Source: Paramicrosporidium saccamoebae KSL3
Taxonomy: Eukaryota > Fungi > Cryptomycota
Assembly: GCA_002794465.1 (NCBI GenBank)
Contig: MTSL01000169.1
Coordinates: 123,098 to 155,097 of the forward strand
Direction of reading: 5' to 3'
Length of the DNA stretch: 32,000 bases
In this document: positions 9,769-21,180 of the stretch, piece after piece
How the letters are laid out: every line of letters begins with the position of its first letter
Position numbering within the stretch: position 1 is the stretch's first letter
Notes under the pieces: model-generated
The model's input: the letters and a program-made list of their open reading frames with translations, nothing else
The model's database searches: none
Told to the model about the DNA's origin: nothing
Translations under genes and position numbers: made by a program

Positions 9769-11436
9769 CTATTGACACTCGTCTTCGTTGTCGGGTCTCT
9801 TCTCGGGGGCAATGACCATCATATCGTCGATGCGCAGGATGGAGATGGCGGCCTCGGTGGCACTCTTGAGGGCACGCACCTTGGACAGGGCGGGCTCAAG
9901 GATGCCGGCAGCAATGCTATCACGGACCTTTCCAGAGACCAAATCGAGACCGGACCACTTGAGGTCGCGGGTACGCACATCATCGAGAGGGGCGGTCTGG
10001 GCGGCAAAATGCATGGCACGCAGCCGAGAGACAAGCTCCATGCTGTCCTTGCCGGCATTGATGGCCAAGGTCTTGGGGATGGCGAGAAGGGCGTCGCCAA
10101 AGTCAGCAATGGCCATTTGTTCCCGGGATGAGATGGTGGTAGCAAAGTTTTCCAAATAGATAGAAAGGGCCGTCTCTACGGCGCCTCCGCCGGGTACCAT
10201 GGCGCCGCTCTCAAGAGCCCGTTTGACGGCACAGAGGGCATCATGCATTGACCGTTCCATTTCGTCCAACATGAGCGAATTAGCTCCACGCAGGACAATG
10301 GATGCAGCCGGAGAAGCACGGGGTCCCACAATGAGAATGCATTCATTGTCACCAAAGAGCTCCTGAGCCACCTCTTCAGCCTGGCCCAGGAGGGAGGCGT
10401 CGAAGGATTCGTTTCCGTCAAGGTCAGCGAGACTACTGACAAGAGTGGCACCGGTGGACTTTGCAATACGCACCAAATCTTCCTTGCGACAGCGTCGAAC
10501 GGCCATGGCGCCGGCTTCAACAAAAGGCTTCAGACAGAGATCATCGATTCCCTTTGTGGTAAGGACGACATTGGCGCCGGCAGCAAGAATCTTCTGAATG
10601 CGTTCAATGATAATGTCAGCCTCGCGTTTCCGGATGGCCTCGACCTTGGAGGGATCTTCGATTTGGATGGTAACGCCCATATGCATACGCGTCTTTTGCA
10701 GATTCATATCCAAGACGGCAATCTTGGCCCCTTTGACACGCTTGACCATGGCCTGGGAGGCGACGTTGCAATTGAGGGCGTATCCCTTGACGAGGACAGA
10801 CTCGACCATACTCTTTCCATGGGCCTTGAGAATGTTCACTGCCGGTACTGGATAGCGCACTTCGCCCTTGGCATTGGTGGTGCGTATTGCCATCATAGCC
10901 TCCACTGCCATTCCAGCAAAAAAGGTGTCGTTGGCTCCAAGGATTTTGGAGGACAGCGTCGTCTTGGCACAGTTCACCAGACAGTCCCGTCCCAACGTGT
11001 CCACAGTCACTGTCATTTGTTCCTGGATGAAGCGACACGCCTCACGACATGCCACACGCAGACCGTTGATGACAGTGGTTGGATGGATACGACGTCGGAC
11101 CAGTTCATTGGCCTTGCGCAATAGTTCGGCAGCCACGATGACTACAGAGGTGGTGCCGTCTCCCACCGTCTCGTCCTGCTGTTGCGCCAGTTCCACGAGG
11201 ATACGCGCTGCCGGATGTTCCACCTCCAACAGACGAAGAATGGTGGCGCCGTCGTTGGAGATGGTCACATCCCCAATATTGTCCACCAACATTTTGTCCA
11301 GTCCCACCGGTCCCAACGACGTTTTCACCACATTTGCCACCGACATGACTGCCGTCACATTCTGTTCACGTACAGCCGCACCACTGACTCGTTCCCCTCC
11401 AATCGCCAATGACGCACTCTGTCCTGCGGCAAGCAT
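9769..11436 (-). CDS. TCP1: T-complex protein 1 subunit alpha (CCT1/TCP1)
   Basis: 555 aa, no intron. Motifs [56 protein letters not shown]. Confidence 0.96.
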   Translation of the reverse strand: MLAAGQSASLAIGGERVSGAAVREQNVTAVMSVANVVKTSLGPVGLDKMLVDNIGDVTISNDGATILRLLEVEHPAARILVELAQQQDETVGDGTTSVVIVAAELLRKANELVRRRIHPTTVINGLRVACREACRFIQEQMTVTVDTLGRDCLVNCAKTTLSSKILGANDTFFAGMAVEAMMAIRTTNAKGEVRYPVPAVNILKAHGKSMVESVLVKGYALNCNVASQAMVKRVKGAKIAVLDMNLQKTRMHMGVTIQIEDPSKVEAIRKREADIIIERIQKILAAGANVVLTTKGIDDLCLKPFVEAGAMAVRRCRKEDLVRIAKSTGATLVSSLADLDGNESFDASLLGQAEEVAQELFGDNECILIVGPRASPAASIVLRGANSLMLDEMERSMHDALCAVKRALESGAMVPGGGAVETALSIYLENFATTISSREQMAIADFGDALLAIPKTLAINAGKDSMELVSRLRAMHFAAQTAPLDDVRTRDLKWSGLDLVSGKVRDSIAAGILEPALSKVRALKSATEAAISILRIDDMMVIAPEKRPDNEDECQ

Positions 11437-11557
11437 TTGAATTTCCCGAGCCAGGGACCTATGCTTAAGAGTTTATAAGGATAAAAGTGTGAATATGGAT
11501 ATCAGTACTAGTGCTGGTATGAATATGAGTATGGGTCCATAGATCTATGAACGTGAT

Positions 11558-11580
11558 GCGACTCGGCGACTCGGCGACTC
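11558..11580. repeat. Tandem 8-mer GCGACTCG x ~3
   Basis: Directly visible in the CCT1-ACC1 spacer. Confidence 0.7.
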
Positions 11581-11688
11581 TAATACCGACAATGGCAATG
11601 AAATTTATTATCACATCAAATCAAAACTCGAGACTAAAACTTTGAGACTGAAACTTTTCCTCAATAATAACACTCACTCTTAACAATA

Positions 11689-14600
11689 TTAACGATTGGG
11701 AGAGGTCGATTTGGTACGGTCTTCGGAAAGGAGTTTGTGAAGGAGAACCGTACGATCTGCGGGGGAGAGGACACGCTCCAATAGATCAGTGACGTCTTTG
11801 GTCACCCGCATTCTGCACCATTCCCGTAACTTTTCCTCCAGTCGTTCGGCATGTCGATCCATGGCATCGGCCACATCCGAGTCGGCACTATCAGGGTCAA
11901 TGCAGATGGATGGCAGCCAATCCTGGTGTATCGCCGCGGTAATATCGTCATAGATTCCATCGAGAGCGTCAAGGGAATGGGCCTGACATAACAGAGCTGC
12001 CCGATGTACAATTTGCATGGTCCATAGACGAACCCGCAGACGATGATAGAAATGTCGACGCGCCTCTCGCCACGGCACAATGCCTCGAATCACTCCGAGC
12101 TGCTTCATCCTGCCGGGTCGGTCGTGCAAATCGGCAAAAGTGCAGGCGACATGCTGCATGGTCGCCAACAACTTGTCTTGTTCAGCCGGTGGCAAGGAGG
12201 AAGCGTCGGGAACCAATCGGGTCATCAAATCACGTAATTTGGCACCTCGGAATTTAATGGCGACAATTCCACCTGCCTCAATGATGCCGCCTCGTGCCGA
12301 TGGTTCTGCATACATTTCAATTTTGCGTGGATTAATGGCCCCGTCAACTACAACCCACGAACCACCACGCAATTGACCATTCGGCGGGAGATAAACAAAG
12401 ACGGGCGGCACATATTCACGTAATGCATCCACAATGTACGAACCAAACTTGAGAATCTCGTCAAACAAGTCACGTTGGCCGCCACTGAAACCACGCCAAT
12501 TCGCCAGAATCAGTAAGGGAAGTCGTTCACCATGATTGGCATCACGTAGGAATTGGGCCGTCTTGTAAGCCGAATCGGGATACCATACTTGTCCCGCCTG
12601 GGCGATAGTCAGCGATTCACTCGCAGGTGAGGCTGGATCAGCTGGGATTAGGGTCTGTGTGGTACGGGTCTCTACCAGTAGTACGGCTACAGGCAAACCC
12701 CCTAAACGTCCACGTCCAACCACTACGCTACGAGCCCATGCAGCTTGGCATTCCACAAAGGAACCGCGGTCCAGCAGACCGCCCAACCATGCGCCATCCT
12801 CCGTCTCAGCACCTGTAACTAACAGACGCGGATCGTACGGCTGATTCGGCGGAGAATATCCCACTGGACGTTCCGGATCGTCTCGTTGGACTGCAGTTCG
12901 AATCGGCTGAAGTGTTTCGCTTCCCGGTTTGCTGGTCACGGGCACAAATTCCAACCACTTGACAATTGCCTGCACACCTTCCAAGTCGGTCTTTACCACT
13001 AAATGAGACACTCCATTTGCTGCCATGATCTGTGGTCCACCAATCTGCAGATTGCTTGCATACACATCTCGGCCCAACAGCTGATTGAGAGCTTGGACAC
13101 CTGTAAGAATCACTGGTTGCACTTGTTTCTGGATGACACGCTGTCCCAGTCGCACCAAATATGCGCCAATGCCCACGGAGCGTCCTGTCACAAAGGTCAG
13201 TGTAAAGGCTTCAGTGTAGGCACGTGAGGTTTCACTGGCAATCAGCGCTGATCCCGAAAGATTCTCCACCCCTAATCCACTGAGGACATCGGTGATCCGA
13301 TAGTGTCCCTCTCCTGGCACATGTTCCACCTTGACGCTTTGCTTAACTCGCCCATAGTCCGTCTCCTCCAGATAGAGATATTCAAAGCCGCGTGTTGGCT
13401 CCGTCGGATCCAGCCATTTTGCCTTAATCAGACCCCGCAGTTCCTCGGCTAAACCAATGCGGGCACCACTGTTGGCTGACAGAAAGATGCGCGGCCATCC
13501 CTTTTCTCGGGCTAGCTTGGACGCGGCTGCAAATAATCGGTCTTCTGCCACCCCAAACGAGCCAATTTCAAAGTCAATGTCATTGGATATGATAATCACT
13601 GGTCGTCCTTCAGGACAATCCGGCGTCTTTAAGAACATTCGCCATGCAACCATCCCAATGTCATTCTTGCCAGGCTCTCGAATTACTTCTTCCAGTCCGC
13701 CGTCTTCCTTCAAAACAAGTTCGATAAATTTACTGCAGTCTGGAGGGACAGCTTGTCCCGTAGCCATCCAGGCCAGCTCGGCTGCCCGTCGGAAAATGGC
13801 CGGAAAGTCATACACATACGAAGTCTCCAATGCATTTACGCGATTTCGCTTGACCTGCAGTCTGCTTAACGGCGAGTAAGGGGCGGTCGCCATTTGTCCC
13901 TCCAACTCGTTTCCACCACGCACACTCATCAAGCGCGGCTTTTCCGTCTCGCTAGCTCGCACCTCTTGATAAATGGCCACGCGGTTCACAAAGCCCGTTT
14001 CATTCCACAAGAAGAAACGGTATCGGTCTGCAGTCTCGCCGCGACGTCGTGCCATTTGCATCCGAATCTCGCCCTCCATCACGCGTAGTCGCAACAACTT
14101 CTCCTCCGTTGCCGTCATTAATGCCAAGAACATATCTGCCGCTGCGCTCGGGTCCGCATAAAAGGTCGGCAACATGTGAATGTACAAATGATTGCAATCC
14201 AATGGCTTCTTTTGCTGAGACTGCACCAAGGCCACCGAGTCGAGTACCTCTTCAAAGATACTGCGGGCATCTTGCGCCAGACTCATCAACGTATTGTGGC
14301 CCTTCATTGACTGCATTGGACGGATGAGCACTCGGATAAATAAGCGACTCGGTCCATCTGGTGTGTCTCCTTTGTAGATGTGCACTTGGCCCGAGGGGTC
14401 CGCATGACATAGCTTAATACGGTAATGATGCAACATACGAGGCAATTCGAGGAGGTATGACATGGCTGGCTCAATGTGTCGAACCTGGCAGTCCTCCGTC
14501 CAGTCCAGCATCTCACGGAACGTGTAATAGCCCATCGAGGTAGAATTGGCCCGCACTATTAGCAGCGTGACTCGCTTAATCTGCTGTCTGTTGAGCGTCT

Positions 14601-17600
14601 CTGAATGTCGCTGCATGAATGGCACCCATCGAGCCAATATCCCAGCATCGTCATGGCCAGTGTCAGGAATGCTAAAGTAGACGACATTCTTGGTAGCATC
14701 AGCTGGACAGAGCTTGGCAATCAGCTCGTCGAAACCGGAATGCGCATCAGCCTCCGAGTTGAATGCTGCAAAGGCGCCGGCTCGTCTCTGATGAGTATCC
14801 AATGGCGTCATGGCTGGGGAGGACAATTCGTCCTTGATGGCTGGTGGTGGAGCAGCCACCACCCAAGTGAATACATTTCCGCTAGCTGATGTCTCCAGAA
14901 ACTCGAATGCTTCAAAGACTCGACGGATGTAAATTTCCAAGGCCAATTGCCGTATCTGTAGAGAACGGTGCAGGAAGAAAGAGGGCAGCAAGTCTAGATG
15001 ATACGAGAGTCCCGATACCAGCTCTGCTATGAACGCACCATGCACATTACTGTCATAGGTCAGCAGCTTGGCCTCCATGGCGGCAGTCATCTTTTCAATA
15101 GAGGGAAGATGCATGCTCATCAATGCTTCTCGGGCTCCAAGACTGATGCGCGACAGCTCCTTGCCACTCAGCTTTGTAAGCTGTCGGATTGCAACCACCA
15201 AGGACGAGTTGGATGAGAGAGGAGCTCCCTCAACCATAGGCAAGACCTGCAACGCCTTTTTCAACACATTGGCCAGGAATATCTGACGGGCCTCGCCAGA
15301 TTCCCAAGCGGCAAAGAGACGATATGAAATGTCGAAATTGGTGCCGTTCGCTTCATGCAAACGGCCGAGAATGGTGTCGCTGGTGGGGGCATTGTCGAAA
15401 AGCTGTACATTTCGGAAGAATCGATCACAGAGATTGGCCAAAAATTGCTGGGCAAAGGCGCTGGGGCCTTTGAGATGCAAGCCGATTTCGCCAAGCAGTG
15501 CATTGATGGGTGCTGCGTCGCGAACATCACAAATCTTGAGATATTCTCTCAACTCATCAGCGCATCTCAACAAGACGGCTGTTTTGGGCTCACCATTGAT
15601 GCCCGTCTGGATCAGGTCATAAAGGTTCTCATACAGCTTTGCAGGGAGCCGTCCACACATGCCGCTGAGTAGTCCATTACATTTGTAAAAGGGCAGACGA
15701 GGATCAGTCAATTCTTCCAAAAACTTGTCTTTTATATCCTTGGTCATGTCCGGTGGGATCGCAAATCCATCCACAATGATATCATCCAAGATTCGCACAT
15801 GTTCGTCAAAGCGTCGATCCAGTCGGTTGCCTATCCTCAGTGCTGACAGAATATCTGTGAAGCCGTCCACAAAGGCCTTGGTGGGTTTGACAGCCGAGGG
15901 ATCCAGCAACTTGATTCTAGCTACCACCTCTCCCGCCTCCAATGAGCTACCGGGTTGCTTGGTTGGCGAAATGACGCCCGCGTCGCTGACAATCAGTGGC
16001 ATATACATTTTCATCACCTCCACCTCGGCAATGGCAGTGCCAGAGGGAACCATGGCACCCTCGGCAACAAGATATCGCACCAACTTTCCAGGACTGGGAC
16101 TGCGCACGACTGTAGGATCTGATTCCTTTTCAATAAGCACTGTTTGGCCTGAGATGGAGAGTCGCAGTCCTTGGGGGTCATCTTTCCCATATAGAACGTA
16201 TGTCTGATCATTGCGCATGGTCATTAATAGTCCACCATCGGCGATACGGACGGTGCGCACTGACAAACTGGTGCCATTCATTTCCAGTGCTAGCCGATCA
16301 GCTCCTGTTTGAAGGACACGGAGGGTATACTGCACATTATCATACAAAAACTGCAAGTTGACCCTGCGATCCAACAGCTCTGACGGGGGTTTCTGGCCCT
16401 TCTGGAGTAACATGGTGGCCTCGGCCAGACGGCAATCCAACTGTGTTTTGGCGTGCCAGGTGGCACCAGCAACAGTCACTATCATTGGACACACCTTTTC
16501 CTGACCAAACTTTTCCCTGATCAGTCCATCGAGCCAAGCGGTGGTATGGTTGTCTTCGATAAAGCTGCGGGTTTCCAACAGTCGGACGAGATACTCTACA
16601 GTGGTTCGAAAGTCGGCTCGGATAGATACTTCCTTCAGCGCCATAATCATGTGGTTACGTGCTTCCTCCCGATTCTTCCCCCATGCAAAGACGTGGCCAA
16701 ATTGTGAATCGGCATACTCGTGAATGTTGCCGCTGGAAGGGATGCTAAAGTAACCCCAAACATCGGGGAAACTGCGAAAAGTCAGTTCGCTCATCTTTCC
16801 ACCACCCGGCTTGAAGCCTGCCTCGGGATTCTCGGCAGTGATTCGACACGCAATAACGTGGCCAAAGGACGGCAGCTGCTGAGCAGTTTCAAAGTCAATC
16901 AGCGAATCGCCTTCAATATCCTCCAGACCATAGAGACGACGAATGTCGGGGATGCGATGCAATGGAATACCCATGGCTACCTGAAGTTGAGCGGCGGGGA
17001 GATTGACACGTGAGACCATTTCAGTGCATGGATGTTCTACCTGCAGACGGGGATTGAGCTCCAGAAACGAGAAGCGTCGATGTTCCACGTCGTAGAGATA
17101 TTCGACCGTCCCAGTGCTGACATATCCCACCAACTTTGCCAAACGGACGGCAGCTCTTTCCATGGAGGCCCATTGCTCCCTGTCGTGGACTATGGTTACA
17201 GGCGCCTCTTCAATAATCTTTTGATGACGCCGTTGGACAGAACAGTCGCGTCCGAATAGCGAAATGGCCTGGCCGTGTTCATCGGCCAATAATTGTACTT
17301 CCAGATGACGCGCTGAAGAGGCCAGCTGCATAAGGAAGATGGGTGATCCGGGTACCTCACGCTGCACATTGTCAAAGCTTACCGCAAAGTCGGCGGGATC
17401 ACTAACGCTTCGGATCCCCTTTCCACCGCCACCCTCGCTGGCCTTGATCATTAGCGGAAAACCCACCGTCTTTGCTGCCTCAATACCCTCCTCTACTGTG
17501 GTGACACAAGCCCTTTGGTACATTTCCGAGGGGATTGTCTCAATAAGGCCATTGTCTTCAGGTTGGCAGGTAATCCCACTGCCGCTCCAGGGTAAACAGG

Positions 17601-18104
17601 GCACCTCGGCTGTTTGGGCTACAATCATGGATGAAATCTTGTCGCCCAACGATCGCATGGCCCCCGCAGGCGGACCAATAAACTGAATTCCCAGTCGACT
17701 GAGACCCTCAGGCAGTTTGGGGTTTTCTGAGGCATGGCCCCACCCGGCCCACACTGCCTGCACAGCCATCTGCTCCGCCAGTTCCAGAATTAGGGCCACG
17801 TTGGCGTAGTTGAGGTTGTTGGCTCCACCGGGCACCGAGACATATTCGTCGGCAAGACGGATGTATTCAGCGTTGGCACACAGATCCTCAGGCGTGGCCA
17901 TGGCAATAAAGTGCACTGCTGACGGATGTCCAAAGGTGGCATATGACCAGGCACGCACACTGCGCACCTCCTTTGCCGCACCAAGGCCGTTGTTGGCAAG
18001 CAACACCCGTTGGATGACCCGGGTGCCGCCATGTTGTTTGATGTAATCCGACAGTCCTACTGATAAGTACCAGAGAGATGAGTACTGTTGTTCCGTTCGT
18101 CCAT
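11689..18104 (-). CDS. ACC1: Multidomain acetyl-CoA carboxylase (BC-BT-BCCP-AC-CT)
   Basis: Exon 1 is 18104-18086 (MDERNN). A 29-nt intron 18057-18085 (GTACTC..CAGTAG) follows, then exon 2 at 18056-11689 (RLSDYIKQHGGTRVIQRVLLANNG). Motifs GWGHASENP, RDCSVQRRHQK, biotinylation EVMKM, GRSVGIGAYL, NWRGFSGG. About 2128 aa. Confidence 0.96.
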
Positions 18105-18521
18105 CCTTACTGTGGTTTGGGTTATGAGAACGGTTTGGTTATAACAGTTTTTTGGATTGCAAAAGTGTTATATCGACTATAGTCGGCGGTTATCGGCTGT
18201 TCTCTGTGGTTATCGGTTGTTATCCACGGTTATTGACTGCTATCAACGAAATGAACACTGCCGATCGATATACACCAATCACATTCCACAACCCCAGTCC
18301 ATCCTTTATAAGACCACCTGGCAGTGTCAGTGCTGGTGATTGTATTATGTCAGTGTTGTATTAGTGCTTCTCTAGTGTCGCATTAGCGCTGTGCTAGTGT
18401 TTTGATAGCATAGTGTTCCATAGTTTATATCCTTCCTTTGTTCCTGACACTGGTTCTATCCCATAATAGTCTCGATAGTGCACAATTAATTCAATAAGTT
18501 TGTTTCGTCTATACGGTCAGC

Positions 18522-19811
18522 ATGGAGGCTACAAAGACGGACTCTGTTACGTCTTGGAGGAGCTCCCGCCTCGGCACTCTGGCTGTCGCCTGTCTGGCCG
18601 TCTTTATCGATATGATCCTCTACGGCATCGTCATCCCCATCCAGCCCCGTCTGCTCACCTCCTCGGGGGTGCCCGATTCCAGTCTGGACATCCATCAGGC
18701 CATCCTCTTGGCCTCCTATGCCCTCGGAATGCTCGTCTCCACACCTATATTTGGTATTCTCAGCGACCGTACGGGAAACCGACAGATCCCCATGTTGCTG
18801 GGACTGGCTGCTTTGGCGATTTCCACTGTAAGCTTTGCCTTTGTGCGGACCTTTCGGCTGCTGGTGGCTGCTCGGGTGATGCAGGGTGTGGCCGGTGCTG
18901 CCACTTGGGTGGTGGGACTGGCCATGGTAGCCGATGCCTATCCCAGCGACGATGGCCTGGGCTTTGCCATTGGGATAGTGTGGAGCTTCCACACAATCGG
19001 GGGGTTTCTGGGTCCGCTGGTTGGAGGGTTCTTTGGCGAGTACTACGGACTGCCCTATCCTTTCCTTCTCTGCGCTGCCCTCTCCGTAGTTGATCTGATT
19101 GCGCGACTGGTGATCAAACCCCCGCCACCCCGTCCAACCACTGGCCAAGCAACCAAAAAGATTGGCATTCTCGCCATTATGCGCAATCGTAAAATCTTTT
19201 TGACTCTGATCGCCATTCTGGTATACAGCGGTGCCTTTACTGCCATTGAGTCGTTTGTGGCTCTCTGGTTGGAGCACGATTGGGGCTATTCCGAGTCCAA
19301 GACTAGTCTCTTCATGTTGGCCTTTATTCTACCCAACATTATCATGGGGATCCTGATTGGCTGGATGGCGGATCGTGTCCCTCGTCACAAGATTATAGCG
19401 GCAGGTCTGTTGCTCCATGGACTGGCGACTCCACTTATTCCACTGTCCAAAAATGTCGTCTCTTTGCTGATTTTTTCGATAATGTTTGGCATCACATCAC
19501 CCATCATTGGAACCCCATCGACTCCGTTACTAGTCACATTGGTAGAACAACAGTTGGGAGGCTCATCATATGCCCAAGTGTATGCCGTCTTCAATATGAC
19601 ATATAGCTGCGGAATGATTGTCGGTCCATGGATTGTTGGAGTCATTAAAGCATCTTATGGATTTGCATGGGGCATGATGGTCATTGCCGTCGTGTCGGTC
19701 GTGTTCTCCCCGATATTCTGGTTTGGGTGCAGCGTTGAACTGTCCAAAAAACCTGTCCAGAATGGCGAGGAACATTTGCTGTCGAATATGATTCCTCGAG
19801 AGGCGGCATAG
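18522..19811 (+). CDS. MFS transporter, 12 TM, SLC18/vesicular amine transporter-like (fungal DHA1-type)
   Basis: 429 aa. WRSS..VFIDMILYGIVIP start, MFS motif A GILSDRTGNR, ARVMQG, second-half GWMADRVPR. Confidence 0.8.
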   Translation: MEATKTDSVTSWRSSRLGTLAVACLAVFIDMILYGIVIPIQPRLLTSSGVPDSSLDIHQAILLASYALGMLVSTPIFGILSDRTGNRQIPMLLGLAALAISTVSFAFVRTFRLLVAARVMQGVAGAATWVVGLAMVADAYPSDDGLGFAIGIVWSFHTIGGFLGPLVGGFFGEYYGLPYPFLLCAALSVVDLIARLVIKPPPPRPTTGQATKKIGILAIMRNRKIFLTLIAILVYSGAFTAIESFVALWLEHDWGYSESKTSLFMLAFILPNIIMGILIGWMADRVPRHKIIAAGLLLHGLATPLIPLSKNVVSLLIFSIMFGITSPIIGTPSTPLLVTLVEQQLGGSSYAQVYAVFNMTYSCGMIVGPWIVGVIKASYGFAWGMMVIAVVSVVFSPIFWFGCSVELSKKPVQNGEEHLLSNMIPREAA

Positions 19812-20017
19812 TCGTTGTATATTTAATCCTTACAGTCCGCTCTGACTATCGACCCAATCTTGTGATTCCAGGTGTAGTTGGTATATATGCGTGACTGGCT
19901 CTATAGGGCATGGTTCGTATAAAGGTTTGGTTAATAGATCCACTCTGATCATACAATAGATAGACTCGTTCGCTATTCCATACACGCTCCCCTATCCACT
20001 TGCTAACATTTTTACAT

Positions 20018-20935
20018 TTATTCTGCAACTCTTTTGGACACGTGATGTGCCTTGATGCCTTGTGATGTGGGCAGTCCAAAGAGGGTCACTTTGGCAGCAT
20101 CGTAGACTAGTAGCTGGAGGGCTGCCAAAACTCCAACCATTCCCATCCGAGGAAGCAGGCCAGCCCAGAGACCAGTGATTCCTGTTTGTCGCAACACCGA
20201 CCACAATCCGCCCTCGGTCACATTGATCTTGGTTAATACTGTGTCTGCGGGATGGCTGGCTACTGCCGAGGCCACTCCTCCCACAAATCCACTGACCGTC
20301 GTCACTGCCAATTGCGCGCCATTGGACATTTCCTCCCTCTTCAGATGCGAATAGAAAAATTCTTCGCAGGCTTCAAAGGTGGCCAGTTTGACCGCCGTGT
20401 AAGGCACCTGTTTCATTAGCAGTGGCGTGAACCCTTTGTAAAGTCCTCCAAATCCCTCCATAGCCACGACCTTTTGCATTCCCGCTACCGTCCCAGTGGC
20501 AAAGCCGGGCTGTGAGACCATCCGAATGCGCACTGCCTCAAATGGTGTCAGGAAAATGTCGGCAATGGCCTCGGCTGTCATTCCTGCCGTCAGATACAGC
20601 AGAGTAGCATTCTGCTCAGCACGCTCCTGACCGATCAATTTTGGAAAGCTTGTTTTGAAGAATTCGTACAGTCCGTACTTGAAGGCACCTTGTGTCAAAT
20701 ATCCATAATTAGTTGGTCCCAGTCCAAGGGTCAAGCCACGGATTCCCTCGTTGGAACGGATGGTCCGGACAGCAGTTGCAGCATTCGGATAAGCAGTTGG
20801 TGAAAGCTGCATACGGGTCTTGACGACATCCAGGGGAACCATGATGAAATGAGTGAAGCATGCCGCAAGAGCCCCGGAGGCAGCTGCCTTTGTGTAAAAG
20901 ATGGGATCCTTTTGGAACAGAGGAGAGCCGCTCAT
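20018..20935 (-). CDS. Mitochondrial phosphate carrier (MIR1/PIC2/SLC25A3 family)
   Basis: Three carrier repeats: PLDVVKTRMQ, PFEAVRIRMV, PADTVLTKIN. Pi-carrier-like CFTH, GYLTQGAFKYGLYEFFK and KQVPYT. Start placed at MSGSP (20935, 305 aa); an upstream in-frame ATG at 21058 is possible. Confidence 0.9.
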   Translation of the reverse strand: MSGSPLFQKDPIFYTKAAASGALAACFTHFIMVPLDVVKTRMQLSPTAYPNAATAVRTIRSNEGIRGLTLGLGPTNYGYLTQGAFKYGLYEFFKTSFPKLIGQERAEQNATLLYLTAGMTAEAIADIFLTPFEAVRIRMVSQPGFATGTVAGMQKVVAMEGFGGLYKGFTPLLMKQVPYTAVKLATFEACEEFFYSHLKREEMSNGAQLAVTTVSGFVGGVASAVASHPADTVLTKINVTEGGLWSVLRQTGITGLWAGLLPRMGMVGVLAALQLLVYDAAKVTLFGLPTSQGIKAHHVSKRVAE

Positions 20936-21180
20936 TGTTATCCAATCGGAAATTGCCGGGTTGGCGAAGATGCTGTTGTTTACAAGGGATCGTGTCACGG
21001 GACCTGATTGGTGACAAATTTCAAATGAATTATTATTGCTGTGGTTGTACAATTGCATTCAAAGTCGATGGACGTGTAAGAGGGTGCAACAGCACTACAA
21101 ACCAACCAGTGTCATTTAGTAAGAGGATAGGCACACGACGGACCAGGGAGTCTTGACCCTACATTCAGAACTGTCTTTTC

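Noticed and set aside
19860-19955. Possible C/D-box snoRNA between the MFS and phosphate-carrier stops
   Set aside because: Box C is only GTGATT, and I could not match a guide to any rRNA sequence I recall.
20936-21058. 41-aa N-terminal extension of the phosphate carrier
   Set aside because: Asn-rich and not presequence-like. The downstream ATG gives a typical carrier length, so this is probably 5'UTR/promoter.
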